Assembly: GCA_013239625.1 (NCBI GenBank)
Contig: MU053652.1
Location: 9,092,507 to 9,156,506, forward strand
Direction: 5' to 3'
Source of the DNA: Lama guanicoe
Taxonomy: Eukaryota
Length of the DNA: 64,000 nt
The notes beneath the pieces are model-generated. The model did no database searches and was not told the DNA's origin. It saw only the letters and a list, made by a program, of their open reading frames with translations. Shown here one piece after another: positions 1 through 13,453 of this stretch (position 1 is the stretch's first letter; each line of letters starts with the position of its first letter). Both the position numbers and the translations under genes were made by a program.

Positions 1-62
1 CCCTTCCCCTCCCCTCCCCTCCCCTCTCCCCTTCCTTCACCTCCCTTTTCCTCTCCTCTTCT
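1..62. repeat. Polypyrimidine (CCCCT)n-like simple repeat
   Basis: Almost exclusively C/T. Confidence 0.85.
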
Positions 63-74
63 CATCTATCAGTA

Positions 75-605
75 AACTTTTAAATTGAAGTGTGCATCCA
101 GAAAAGTGCACAAATCATTAAGTGTGTAGTTCAATGAATTTTCACAAAGTGAACACACTATGTACCCATCATCCATATCCAGAAACAGAATGGTAACCAA
201 GAAGCTCTCCTTATGCCCCTTGTTATTACTAGTCCCATCCTTCAAGGGTAAGCACTGTCCTGGCTTCTAACACAGAGATTGGTTTCTGCTAGTTTTCAGT
301 TTGTACAACTGGAATCTTTCAGTATGTCCTCATTTGTGGCTGCCTTCTTTCATTCACCAATGTGATTGTGAGAGTCATCTGTGTTGTTGTCTGTAATTGA
401 AGTTTATTCTCATTGCTGCATAATATTCCATTGTGTGAATATACTATTATTATTCATTTGCCTGCTAATGGATGTCTAGGTTGTTTCTGGAATTTGGCTG
501 TTAAGAATTGTGCTGCCAAGAACAATTTAGCGTTTGTCTCTTGGTTACCATATGTACACATTTCTGTTGGGTATCTGGCTAGAGGTGGACTTGCTGGGTC
601 ATGAG
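75..605 (-). mobile_element. Old L1M (L1MD/L1ME-like) 3' fragment
   Basis: Antisense L1 3' motifs: AATGAATTTTCACAAAGTGAACACA, TATTCCATTGTGTGAATATA, TTGCTGGGTCAT. Confidence 0.75.
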
Positions 606-3357
606 GCACTCATGGCTCATATACTGGTCGCTGTTTTATCCTTTGGACTTATGAAGCTTAAATGAAGATGAGTAGATTTTCTAGCTCCATGACCACTTTT
701 AGCCTTAGCTGAGGAATGTATCTTTAAATATATCATTTCACCGTGTAATAAAAATGCAGATCTAACTTCCAAATACAGGGCTACATGAGGGTCACTCTAT
801 AATTAAACATGGTTTTGAAATATCAAAGTGATGAGAATGAGCCATGTATACTTAGAATATAATTTTTCCAAGGTGGAAGGAAGAAATTACCTGCTTATTT
901 ATACTTAGATGACTTTCATAGTTAGATCAGACTCAAATGATATCTTTGGAGAAAGCTCTGTGATGTCCTTTTTTTAAAAAAAAAAGGGGCTTGGAAAACA
1001 GACACCAAGAAAGGTAATTCTAAGTGAAAACTTTTGCATTATCTCTTGATGTATTTAAATCTAGGCTCACTTTGGGCACTTAAAATATTATTCAATGTAT
1101 ACAAACTTAATGTGCATTAACTATTTTTTTAGCAAAAATTTACCAATAACCAATAGACCTTGTCTGTCAGGATATGATAATGAAAGTAAGTCCTTGCTCA
1201 AAAGTGAGCCTTCTGAATAAAACAAAAAAAAAATTGTTTTGCCACACATAGGTACCTAAATATAACATTGTTTTTTGATTAAAAAAAAGAGAAAAAAACC
1301 ACTATTAAACATGTTTGGAATGGAATTAAAAGCAAAATATGACAACAGACACAGACAATAATCTATTAATATGTGCAACTTTTAAAAGTCAGTAAGCTGA
1401 TGGCTTTCAGTAAGACTGAGCATTAGCAAAATCTGCTTTATATTTGATTTTTCTCCATTGGCTGAGTTTCTATGCTGAACAGTAGAAGTGCTGTGAAACA
1501 TCGTTATCCTGTAGGTTCCTTACGTAACTTTTTATTTTTTAAGTTGGAGAAAGAATGTTTAGATGTAAATAAAATGTTAGGGACTACTAAAGTAAAATGA
1601 GTAAAGAATGTGTTTCATAAAAATATTTTATAATAATATATCAAATCCTCATGGTTTTATTTTGCAAGGTTAGTTTTAAATGATTTAATGCAAAGTAGTA
1701 ATTGAGTTTGGTAAGTTACTTTGAAAATTCGATTTGTATTTTGTGTGAATTTTTACAAATGGCATTTCCAGCTGTTTGGATTAATTGAGTTACGTCCTCC
1801 TGAGTAATTGCTACGTTATATACACAGTGAATTATGAACTTAAATCCCTTTGTCTAAAATAGGTGCCATCAATCAAAGTCCTGTCCTTCTAGTTCTCAGC
1901 ATATTAGGTTAGTGCTGATCATGCCAAAGTTTAAAAATATTATTAGGTCTTAATAAAATTTTTAGCATACAACTTTTCAATGTAGAGAATGTGACAAGAT
2001 GTCCTCACTTAACTTTTAAGATGATGCCATTAAACATTTTCTATTAATTCTTTTCCAACGGAGTTTTGCAAGTATTTTGTTCATTGGCTTCTAAAAGGCT
2101 ACCAGATTTAGTAATAATTCTTTTTGGTTAAAAAAGCCAAAAAAAAAAAAAACCAGAGATCAAGGGCTTTCCTTTTGATACTGGCAAAAAATTTACACAA
2201 TTTTATTCTGCATGATATTAAATCTAGGCAGCAAAACTGTTCTGTTAACCTGAGGAGGAGTAAGTGCCTAAGAGATAGTTTTATTGTTCTGTTTTATGTG
2301 GACTAGAGAAAATCTGAAGTATGCGGGAGGAATTTAACGAGTACGGTGACATACCGTAATAATGTTTGTACGTTCATGTTTATATTTTCATTGGTGCTTT
2401 ATTGCTTTACCAAATGGGCAATAAGCTAGTAGAACTTAAATATTGTTATGTGATTGACAGAATGTTTATTATTCCTTGGATAGACTATGAATATACTCAT
2501 TTATATCAACATTTATGGAAACTCATTTTGTGTGATTGTATAGTCCCAGCATGAAAGTACAGAGCCAATCATTTCTAAACCATTGGGTTTAGAAAACCCA
2601 ATCAAAGTGGAGTTTGGAGTACAGCTTCACTTTTTGCTCACCATATAGACTTTTAGCTGTTTCAGTAGCCTTTTCACAATCAATGCCATTGAACCTTAGT
2701 TCCTCACCTGGCGTTTCTCAGATTGTGCTCTTTAACGTAACATATGGGTCCCCCTGACTTAGTTTAACATTAGCCATTTGGGAGATGTGGAGGTTAAAAA
2801 AAATAGCAATGCTATTGTTTAGTAGGGAATCCAAGACAGAAAATCATAGAAATACAGGGATGAGTGGAATAAATTCCATTAAATGTTGTAAAGAGATAGC
2901 TGAATGGATGCAGAGGAAGATTTGGATTTGGGGGAATCTGGGAAAGCATCTTGGAAGATGTACCTTTTCAGACATTTCTTTAAGGAAGGTATGAAATCGG
3001 TGGGGTGGGTGGGTGGGCGGGTGGACTATTTCAAGTGGAAGGCACAGTGAGATAAGGTCCAGAACGGGGAAAGTGAAGGCTGTGAGTGGAGAATTTCAGT
3101 AGCTTCTTTTGTTCCCAGACATGATTTATGAAAGCGATGCAGGGAGGAAAAATGGAAAGGTTAGTTGAAGATCATATTGTGGAGCGTTTTAAACGTGATA
3201 ACAGGATGAATTTATTCTATAGTCTTCAAGGAGTCGTTGGTCGCCTCTGAGAGAATAATTTAATCAACGTGATATCTTTAGTGCAGTTCACGTTTAGTAC
3301 ATTGGATGGAGTGCTGGGAAGGAAAGTTTCTGATTAGTCTTGCCCTCTGTTTTTAAG

Positions 3358-3468
3358 CTTGTTGCCCTATGCGTTGCATCCTCTTGTGGCCAAGGCGTGC
3401 ATCATAAGCAAAGTTAATATGATCACTGCAAGCTACATCACCCCAGCACTGAAAGAATTAGAAAAGAG
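3358..3468 (+). CDS. AASS: AASS coding exon (approx. exon 16), saccharopine dehydrogenase domain
   Basis: ttttaag|C TTG TTG CCC TAT...GAA AAG AG|gtaagt; 111 nt; translates (S)[36 protein letters not shown](S), recognisable AASS/SDH sequence. Confidence 0.96.
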
Positions 3469-3560
3469 GTAAGTTTCAGTCATTTTCAAGAAAGTAGCTC
3501 CAGGGAATTGTTTTTGTTTGCTATCCAAATTTCCCTCCCTTCTCTTTCCATCTCTCATAG

Positions 3561-3669
3561 TGTGGAAGATGCCGGCATCACAGTCATTGGCGAATTGGGA
3601 TTGGACCCTGGTCTTGATCACATGTTGGCAATGGAAACAATAGATAAGGCCAAAGGCGTGGGAGCCACG
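3561..3669 (+). CDS. AASS: AASS coding exon (approx. exon 17)
   Basis: ctcatag|T GTG GAA GAT...GCC ACG|gtgagc; 109 nt; [36 protein letters not shown] contains the [11 protein letters not shown] motif; preceded by a 92-nt intron. Confidence 0.97.
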
Positions 3670-3777
3670 GTGAGCCCAGCTGACACCCAAAGGTCCATTT
3701 AGCAAAATATTAAGAGGTCCAGATTTTTGTGTACAATAATAATCTTTCTATAATTTTGATTAAAGAAGCTGCTATAT

Positions 3778-4945
3778 CTTTTTTTAAAGGTTATACTTCA
3801 TTTATAGTTATTATAAAATATTGGATATATTCCCTGTGTTGTATGATATCTCCTTGTAGCTTATTTTATACCTAATAGTTTATACCTTTTAATCCCCTGC
3901 CAAAGTAATGCCCCTCCCCCCTTCCCTCTCCCTACTGGTAACCACTAGTTTGTTCCCTATATCTGTGTTCCCTATATCCCTATATCTTATATTCACAAGT
4001 TTGTTTTACTTTTTAGATTCCACCTATAAGTGATATCATACAGTATTTGTCTTTCTCTGTTTTACTTCACTTAGCATAATACCCTCCAAGTACATCCATA
4101 TTGTTACAAATGGCAAAAGTTCATTCTTTTTCATAGCTAAGTAGTATTCTATTTTATACACACATCACATCTTCTTTATCTATTCCTCTGTTGATGGATG
4201 CAGGTTGCTTCCATATCTTGGCAGTTGTAAATAATACTGCTACAAACATTGTGGTGCACATACCTTTTTGAATTAGTGTTTTTGGTTTTTTCAGATTTTT
4301 ACCCAGGAGTGGAATTGCTGGGTCATATGGTAGTTCTATTTTTAGTTTTTTGAGAAAGTTCCGTAATGCTTTTTCCGCAGTAGTGGAACCAATTTACATT
4401 CCCACCAACAGTGTAAGAGGGTTTCCTTTCCTCTACATCCTTGCTGACATTTGTTATTTGTGTTCTTTCTGATGATAGCTATTCTGGCAGGTGTGAGGTG
4501 ATATATTACTGCGGTTTTGATTTGAATTCCCTGATGTTGAGCATCTTTTCATGTGTCTGTTGGCCATCTGCATTTCCTCTTTGGAAAAAGCCTATTCGGG
4601 TCATCTGCCTATTTTTTAAATTGGTTTTTTTTTTTTTTGATGCTGAGTTGTGTGAACTGTTTATATATTTTGGGTGTTAATTCCTTATCAGTCATATCAT
4701 CTGCAAATATTTTCTCCTATTCAGCAGGTTATCTGTTTGCTTGGTTGATGGTTTCCTTTGCTGTGCAAAAGCTTTTAAGTTTAATTAGTTCCCATTTGTC
4801 TACTTTTGCTTTTGTTTCCTCTGCTTTAGGAAACAGATCCAAAAAGTTATTGCTGTAATTTATATCAAAGAGTGTTCTGTCTGTGTTTTCCTCTAGGAGT
4901 TTTGTGGTTTCTGGTCTCATATTTAGGCCTTTAATCTATTTTGAG
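3778..4945 (-). mobile_element. L1 3' end, 5'-truncated (ORF2 C-terminus plus 3'UTR)
   Basis: ORF 4729-4920(-) has KLLEEN...[17 protein letters not shown], typical of L1 ORF2; TTTTAGATTCCAC and GGAATTGCTGGGTCATATGG motifs; possible degenerate TSD. Confidence 0.92.
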
Positions 4946-5493
4946 AAAAAACTACTGTATTCTAACTAATACTTTGACTAGAAATTTCAAATAAAATTTT
5001 GAAACTGCAGAAGTATCTGTGTGGTAAAAAAAAAAGTCCAAGTCTTAAGAATAGATTTTTAGAGAAATAAATACTACTATTATATTTTGATTTGATAAAA
5101 GATTTTAGACTGCTTTGGAGGTTCTATAACAAAGTTTGACTTCTAAAAGTGGGCAGATTTTTGTAGTATCATTAATCTGTTGGTATATAAAGTATCTTGT
5201 ACACACAAGAAAGAACACGACATAAAAATGTTTTGGTGAATCAGATAAAATATAACCTAACCTAATGTAATAAATATATTACCTAAAATAGGTTTTATAT
5301 CTATAATGAGTAATATATATATAATCAAATATAGAATCAAATTATTTAGAATATTAATTACTTATATTTTGCATTACTTACATATGAATTAATAAATGCC
5401 AACTATCATATATAATCAAATTATAATCAAATCTATAATTTGAATACAATGTCAGGAGGCACTGACCAAGCAGAGTTGAACTAATAGCTGGAT

Positions 5494-6215
5494 CTTTTTT
5501 TTTAATATAAGTATAGTTGATTTACAATATTAGGTTCAGGTGTTCAGCAAAATGATTCAGTTTTTTTCAGATTATCTTACACTATAGGTTATTACAAGAT
5601 ATTGAATATTGTTCCCTGTGTTATGCAGTAAATACTTGTTGTGTATCCATATTATATATGGTAGTGTACATCTATTAATCCCATACTCCTAATTTATCCC
5701 CTTCCTTCACCTCTTGGTAACCTTAGGTTTGTTTTCTACATCTGTGAGTCTTTTTCTGTTTTGTAAATAGATGAATTTGTATTATTTTTCAGATTCCACA
5801 TATAATAGTGATATCATACAGTCTTTGTCTTCCTTTGTCTGAGTTGCTTCACTTAGTATGATATTCTCTGGGTCTAACCATGTTGCTACAAATGGCAATA
5901 TTTCATTCTTTTTTATGGCTGAGTAGTATTCCATTATCTATCTATCTATCTATATACACACACACACATATATATATATATGTACACACACACACACACA
6001 TCTTACATCTTCTTTATCCAGTCATCTGTGGATGGACACGTAGGTTGCTTCCATGTCTTGGCTATTATAAACGATGCTGCTATGAACATTGGGGTACATG
6101 GTTCTTTTCAAATTAAAGTTTTCATCTTTTCTAGATATATGCCCAGGAGTAGGATTGCTGGATGATACAGTATCTCTATTTTTAGTTTTTTAAGGAAACT
6201 CTGTCTGTTTTCCAG
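5494..6215 (-). mobile_element. L1 3' end fragment with internal microsatellite
   Basis: T-tract, then TATAGTTGATTTACAATATT, AGATTCCACATA, GGATTGCTGGAT; (ATCT)n/(CA)n/(TA)n at about 5935-6000. Confidence 0.88.
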
Positions 6216-6484
6216 TATGTTTTCCAGATTTTTAGTGGAGCAAAATGATAGTCACAATCTCTAGAGGATTTAAACTATGCATATATAAAATATAACTGAT
6301 TAACCAAATGGTGTTTGGCTTTAAGGATATATTTTTGAAAGCCTTTGTAACTTTAAGAAAGGAAAAACTGTAGGAAGTTTACCTTATTTGTGTCATTGTA
6401 CTCAATTAATTACTTGGATAGATTATTCTCCCCCACTTATTGTTAATTCTCCCTAACTTACTGCTTTTTTTTTTAATTTTACAG

Positions 6485-6625
6485 ATTGAATCTTATATTT
6501 CCTACTGTGGTGGGCTTCCAGCCCCTGAACATTCAGACAATCCTTTGAGGTACAAATTCAGCTGGAGTCCAGTGGGAGTTTTGATGAACATAATGCAGCC
6601 GGCCACCTACCTGCTCAATGGACAG
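6485..6625 (+). CDS. AASS: AASS coding exon (approx. exon 18)
   Basis: ttttacag|ATT GAA...GGA CAG|gtgaag; 141 nt; [47 protein letters not shown] (SYCGGLP and YKFSWSP motifs). Confidence 0.97.
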
Positions 6626-7479
6626 GTGAAGGATCTCACCCAAGCTGTAGGGATATAGACCTGGCATAGCTGCCTAGGAGAGTCCAAACTCTCTCTCCTG
6701 CTAGCAGAGCCCTTCACTGCCGGCTCTGCTTTTTCTGCATTCTCTCCTCCTGACGTGTTTCCCAGCGGGTGCTTTCTGGTCCATTTAGCGCACTCTCCTC
6801 ACCGTTCCCAGCAAAACCCATCCTCGTTCTTTCCTCTTCGCCCTCTTGCAGGTTGTTTCTGCAGTTTAAATACCTGCTTCTCGACTTCTCTGCATGTGTA
6901 AATACTGGTCATCTCGCGGTGTATTTCAGCATGGCAAGCATTTACTGAGTCTCTACTAGGTGCTGGATTTGGGCCAAGGTCTTAAAGGTTGTCACACCAA
7001 ATGAAGTTCCTAATCTCAGAGAACTCACAACTGGAATGAAAGTGGCTCTCCAAATGGAGAGTTTGGTGGGTCAGGGAAAGAAACTCAGATTCCTTTCCCA
7101 GCTGCTCTGTAGCAGAATGCAAGAGCTCCCCGAGTTTAGTGTTATTTTCATCATTGCACCATAAGGAAACTATGGCTCAAAGAGAATGTTTCAAAGTCAT
7201 CGAGATGGAATTCAAACCCAGGTCTAACTAACTCCAAAGCCTTTTTTCGCTCCTTTACCAGGTCACCTAGTGGCCAGAAAGGCAGACACTGGAATGACCA
7301 GCTGCGATCCAATGAGAGCAGTTCCAAAGCGTGCTCACATGCCACAGCGATGCAGGTGGAGAGGGCAATTGATTTGGCCTTGGTGAGGAGGTCTGGGAGA
7401 GGAAAATTAGCAGGGAAGAGAAGGTGCTCTCAGCCTTGAAGGATAAGAAGGTGCCAGCCTGGCAAAGACACTGCCACTC

Positions 7480-7650
7480 AAGCCTGTGCTGAGCATCTAG
7501 TTCATTTGATTCTTGCAACAACCCGATAAGGTTTATAAGAGAGAAAACAGGCTTAAGAAACTTAGCAAACTCAGCCGTGGTTACAGAGGTGGCACGTGGC
7601 ACAGCCAGTATCCAAATTACACCTGTCTGCTCTCATAGTTCATGCTCTCA
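7480..7650 (-). mobile_element. MIR fragment
   Basis: TCATTTGATTCTTGCAACAACCC...GAAAACAGGCTTAAGAAACTTAG resembles the antisense MIR core. Confidence 0.5.
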
Positions 7651-7944
7651 ACTGTAAGGAAAGACACATTTAGGAACAAATACAACTAGACTGAGGCTTC
7701 CTCTTTAAATTTTATACCCTAGGCACCTCACTCACGTCGCCCCGTCCCAGCCCTGCAGGGAGTGATGGATTACGTGATCAGATGTGGATCTTAAAAAGAT
7801 TATTCTGGCAGTCTCAGTGTATCTGTGATCTAAATGTGTTTCTTGTATGAACAGGAGTCATTTGAAACAATTTCTTAAGAAACAAGTTGAATGTTATCAG
7901 CCATTGGCTTCTGTGCCTCCAGGGCAGAGTGTGGCTCACAGCCG

Positions 7945-8090
7945 TGGCTGCACATTGGAATCACCAAGGCAGTTAAACAAATACTGATGTTTGGGTCTCA
8001 TGCCCAGAGATTCTGGTTTGCCTGGGTTTGAGGATCTTTAAAAACTCCCCAAGTGATTCTAATGTGCTACTGAATTGGAAAAGAACTGAT
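7945..8090. mobile_element. MER5-like hAT DNA transposon fragment
   Basis: GCTGCACATTGGAATCACC...CCCAGAGATTCTG...CTCCCCAAGTGATTCTAATGTGC. Confidence 0.7.
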
Positions 8091-9907
8091 TTAGTGACCA
8101 GAGGACAACAGCTGCACTTAAAACACTACCAAACAAGCAGGGTGCTTTACTGTGATGCTTTAAAGATACACTCATATATTTCAGGGTATAAAACAGGACC
8201 CCTGAGTCCTGGTCCGAGTGCTGACCTCCCTCACAGTGTCATCAAAGACCAGGCAATCGTAAAGGTCCACTGGGCATCGGTGTCCTGAGGTGACACGTAG
8301 GCTCTAATTTTCCATCCAGTTCTCCAATCCTATGAATCATGAAAGTCTAGGCTCCCCACCCCCACCGAAACTCAGTCTGATGTTCTACCAGGCACATGTC
8401 CTTTTCTGTGTCACCGCCTATCTCCTGCTGCATGTCAAAGTTCCTTCCACCTTCTGCAGCCGTGCAAAATAGACTGGCCTACGTCTGATATAAACTCACA
8501 TGTGAAAGCAGGAGGAATTCTTGCTTCAGTTGGGCAAAATGCTTATTTTCAGGAAGCCATATAAATGATCAAGATGATAACAAGGAAAGGGTCAGCGGAG
8601 CGCAAAATGTGTAACAGGAAGAGCCTGGAGTGGGGTGCCAGGGGGCCTGGCTTGATGCGCCAGCTCTGCCGCTGCTGGCCGGCTGGTACCAGAACAATCA
8701 CGGCATCTGTCTGAGCTCTGGGCTCCTTGCCTGGGGACAGACACAGTCATACCAGCCTTGCCGGGCTCTTGCAGTGACCTCAGTGAGGTCATATAGATTA
8801 TAATCTGCTGAACAGCAGATTGTCAGGATGTCCTGAGTCCCTAGCAAATATTAGCTACATAAAGAAGTTGATGATGGTGAGGGCTCAGGAAAAGCAAGAG
8901 GTTATTTTCAGGCAGCAGAAGTTGTATTTGTTGAATCTGAAGTTTTTCCCTTTCATGCTGAACTCCTTTTGTAAAACAGGAGAGCTTTTTGCATCTCCCT
9001 GACACTACGGCAGACACCAGGAGAAAACACGATGCTTTTCTTTTCTTTGCTAAAATGATACTTTTTTCAAGGTCTCCTCTTGTGGATGCAGCTTTTCCTG
9101 ACCACGCCAGCCCCCGTTCACTATTCTTTTGTCTGAACTCCCACACTTGGATTGTCTGTGTCTAAGAATTTTCCGGATGCTGTATTATTCACTCAGTGAT
9201 TCAAGTGTATCAGTCTGTCTCCTAACCCAGACTGTTAAACTTCTTAAAGCCTCTCTAGTCCCTCCATCCCCTCTGCCACCATCACGCTCCATCTACCATG
9301 AAGTAGGCCTTACATAATTCACAGAATTATCACAAGGGAGCCAGGTGACTTCTCTGGCTTCTGCTTTAAGTTGAAACCTTAAACTTTTCCAGCAACTCAG
9401 GCAGTGGCCCGGGAATTAGAACATATCTCATTGGAAATTACTGCAAGGATGTGGGACAGTGAGATGCAGCACTGGTACTGTTGCTAACTTCTAACTTCTA
9501 ATCCTGTTTCTAACGAATGTGATTTTCTTCCACATATTTGGAGACAGTGATTGTGTCTTCTTTTAGTTCTGTTTCCCTCATGGGTGGTGGGACATTGATG
9601 GCACCTGGGGTGACGTGGCAGAGCTTCGCCATCGTCTCCTTCAGCCTCCTCCCCCAAGCCACTGGAAGTAAGGATTGTGCTTGCTCCGCAAACACAGCTG
9701 GGGGATAGGTCTTCCAGCTCTCTTCCTGCTGCCCACGCCTCCCTTGGCTGCAGCGCCCCGCCCCTCCTTTGTAGGAAATCAGGAGCTGGTTCTGCTCTCC
9801 TCTGCAACCATTCTTAACGCAGTTCTCAGCTACATCCCTGGGGGCGTGCTACCCCTCATCAATCAATAACCATCTTGAAATACTGATCCACAAATAAGCA
9901 CAATTAA

Positions 9908-10090
9908 GTATGGTGTAGTAGAAAGAACATGGACATTGGAGTCAAATAGACCTGGGTTTAAATCTGCCTCTGGGTGACTCTACTCTCTCAGCCTCAGTTT
10001 TCACCTCTGAATAATGGGTTATTGCATGGATTAAAGGTAATGTATATAGGGCACCTGGCACATGGTGGCCCTTTTATAAATGCTTGTCTG
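9908..10090 (+). mobile_element. MIR
   Basis: GTATGGTGTAGTAGAAAGAACATGGAC...GGAGTCAAATAGACCTGGGTTTAAAT...GCCTCAGTTTTCACCTCTG. Confidence 0.7.
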
Positions 10091-12224
10091 TGTATTACCT
10101 GTGTTAAACGTCTTGTTAGTTTAGCAATCAAGCTTATTGTCAATGATTCTCAACGGTTAGAAGACTTGTGGGAGAAAGAGTGGCACTTAGAGCCGTCTGC
10201 ACCAGCAGTGAGTAACGAGCCACTGTTTCTGCCAGGGGTGGGTCTCGGATGTGAGCATTGTTGAGTCAGAAGAAAAAATGCACACTCTCTGCCAAATAGA
10301 TAAATACGTCTTTCTCTCTTTATTCAAGCCATTAATAAGTATGAAACAGGGTAGGGCTTCTTAATGAACCCCATGATATGTCACTAGAAATACAACTGTG
10401 GATTGATACCAAATTATAAAGATTACCCAGTAATTTTGGGGTCAAGTTGCTTCAGCAGCCGTCAGTCTCTCTAAATGAATCATTACTGTTCAGCTTACAT
10501 TTCCCTATTTTCTCTAGAAGGATCTCGTGATAAACTTAGGAACTAGCTGATTTATTTCTGATTAGCTCATTGCTGGAATATAGTAGTCTTTATTGAGTTT
10601 AAAAAAATTTTTTTTTAATTTCCTAACCTTCAAACAAGTAAAATCACACTTCAGAATTGCCATAGGGTATAGAAGCGAGATTGGTAGGGAGACTCTAAAA
10701 GTTAACATTTGTCTTTTTATTAGACTTCTTAAAAAATTTAGAATCCTCATAGAAGAAATTTGTTTTAAAAAAATAGTGCAGAAATGGTTCCCCCGGAAAT
10801 GTTTACTGGGAAGTCCCGAAGAGTTTCACAAGAAAATTAAATCAAAAACATACCTCGCTTCCTTCAGATTCTCACTCTTGGAATTTTCGATGGTGCTTGG
10901 TGTTCTTCAAAGTGAAACTTTTCACTGGAGAGACCCCGCCAGGCCTGACTCTGTGGTCAGCTTTCTTGCCAAGACATGTGCAGGAGCTCCCTATAAATAA
11001 ACCCCGGGAACCATTAAGTTTAACTGAAGCTTCCCTTGGACAGATTCCTCTGGCGCCATCAGCAGGAGCACCGGCAGCTCCCTCCTGCTGGGTTGTTTGA
11101 TGCAGCTCTTAGACACGTGGTCAGGAATCGTTCCCAGTGTGTGTGCAGTCTTGTTCTACCAGGAAGCCCAGCCCTGATTTTATTAGTCCAGTCAGTACGT
11201 TTTCCATGATCTCAGGGAAGATCATCAACCTCACAAACTGAAAGCAAAATTTAGTCCTTTAATCAAAATTAAAGGGAAAAAACGTTTCACTGCATTTTGT
11301 GCGTGATGTGGGGGAAGGAAGAGGTGAGAGGGTTACTGAGAAACCAGAGGAGCTTGGGAATCGGTGATTCAGCTTCCCACCGGCAGTAAGATCAGGAGGT
11401 AGCACTTCTTTGAGTTTCACTGTTAGTTCATTGCATTGTCCTTCTTGTGAGGGGCAGGCCCCCCCACTCCGCATCCCCGACACACACACACACATCTGTC
11501 CACTAGTCTAGGCTGTGAGCTCCTTACTGTTGGCTAGTGCCGCTCCGGACACTTGGTAGACCTTCAGTAAATGCTTGTTCAGTGAGCAAAGGAGTGAATG
11601 GAGACAGGAACTGAATCTTTTTAATATATTTTTATTGAAGTATAGTCGGTTTAAGGAATTGCTATCATCGCTTTCCTTATCCCTCCCACAGTGAGAGCGA
11701 TCCAGGCACACACACAGCAGGTGCTCAGTCCATGCGAGCTGTGTGGATGGACGTGTGGATGGAGACTGGGGCCTGATGCGGCGTTCAGATAGGGGATGGG
11801 ATGAAGAAAAGGAACAGAGTGAGAATATCGCCGTTGCTGTCTGGACATAGGAACCCCTTAAATGCATGTCTGTTGCTTATAGTATGTTGTTTATTTAAAA
11901 ACAAAACAGAACTCTAGTGGGACATAATTCAGTGCCATCTTATCCAGGGGCAAGAAAAAGTCAGAAACAAGATCTTAGTGAAAAACGAAAATGCTTTAAG
12001 GCAGATTTTAAAGCTTGTTAGAAAAGAGACCTTGTGAATTATGATATTAGTGGAACAGATTACTATGGTATGTTGATTAGGGTGGTTTCATTAAGACATT
12101 TTTTTTCACATTCTCTATTTCCATCTTGTAAAACCTGGATTTCTTTATTATGCAAGCAATGCAGGTAAACCCTAAGGAGGATGACCCGTTTTAACCCCCT
12201 GTGCCCCTGTTCAATGTTCCGCAG

Positions 12225-12392
12225 GTGGTGAATGTTGTGGGCGGGGCCTCCTTTCTGGATGCCGTCACGCCCATGGACTACTTCCCCGGATTAAATTTGG
12301 AAGGTTATCCAAACAGAGACAGCACAAAGTATGCTGAGATTTATGGCATTCCGTCGGCTCACACGTTGTTACGGGGGACACTGAGGTACAAG
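12225..12392 (+). CDS. AASS: AASS coding exon (approx. exon 19)
   Basis: ccgcag|GTG GTG AAT...TAC AAG|gtaaat; 168 nt; [56 protein letters not shown] (YPNRDS and RGTLRY motifs). Confidence 0.97.
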
Positions 12393-13006
12393 GTAAATGG
12401 CTCCACTGGAGATGAAACATGTTGCCTGTTTTGGTGTAAGTAAATACTTAATTTTTCTTGGTAATCAAAATGACTAAGATGATAAACTAGCTTGCAGTCT
12501 CTCTCGGGACTCTTCTGGTTGATTGTTTCAGGAGACAACTCAAAACAGCAGGAACAGAGAGGGAAGTTTTGACTCATGAGAAGTGGGGGGTAGATGAAGG
12601 GCCAGCTTCAGGTGTAGTGAGATTTGAGGGTGAAGTGACCTCACCGGGACATGGTTTCTCTTCACCTGTCACCCTCTTCCTGCCAGCGTTGGTTGCGGCC
12701 CCCTTTCCGCACGACAGCAGGGGGTGGCAGCATCCCTAGCCTCTTAGGTTCACATCCTGTGGGAAGGACAAAGTACATCTTCATGGTTAAGAGTACAGTT
12801 TTTGTCTCCTGAGCCCCTGAGGTCAGTGGGATGGGAGGTACCGGTCAGCACTGGCTTCTGTTTTATGTCCCTGATGCTGAGGATTTATTCAGTGTCACTT
12901 TCCACAAAGCAAATCTGAAATGTTTTTTAGCACAAAACGAAGTATAGCTTCTACATTTTTCATCACAAAGGAGTGGTTACAGGTGTGACCAGATTAATAC
13001 AGCTCG

Positions 13007-13453
13007 TGTAATAGTTCCCTAGGGCTGTTACAACAAATTACCACAAACAGTGTACCTTAAGACAACAGAAATGAATTCTCTCACCATCCAGGAGGTCACA
13101 GTCTGAAATTAAGATGTGGGTAGAGTTGGTGCCTTCCGGAAGCTTTGAGGGAGAAACTCTCCCTTGCCATGCTCTCCTCCCTTCCAGTGGTTGTGGGCAA
13201 TTCTCAGTGTTCTTTAACTTGCAGATGCTGATCCATCTCTGCCTCCATCTTCATATCACCTTCTCTGGTTTGTGTCTCTGTGTCCTCTCCTCTTCTTATG
13301 AGGACATCAGTCATTGGATTTTGGACCCACCATGAATATAAGCTGATTTCATATTGAGATCCTCAACTAATTATATCTGCAAAGATCCAAGTCAGGTCAT
13401 ACTCTGAGGTTCTGGGAGACCATGAATTATGAGGGGACACTCAACCCACTAGA
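13007..13453 (-). mobile_element. MLT1 (MaLR) solo LTR
   Basis: TGTAATAGTTCCCTAGGGCTG...AAATTACCACAAAC...ACAACAGAAAT...ATCTGCAAAGA...CAACCCACTA. Confidence 0.8.

Noticed and set aside
1..3357. Additional upstream AASS exon
   Set aside because: No AASS-like reading frame with splice sites recognised; treated as intron.
4441..4920. ORFs with L1 ORF2 similarity as an active element
   Set aside because: The element is 5'-truncated at about 1.2 kb and fragmented, so it is not autonomous.
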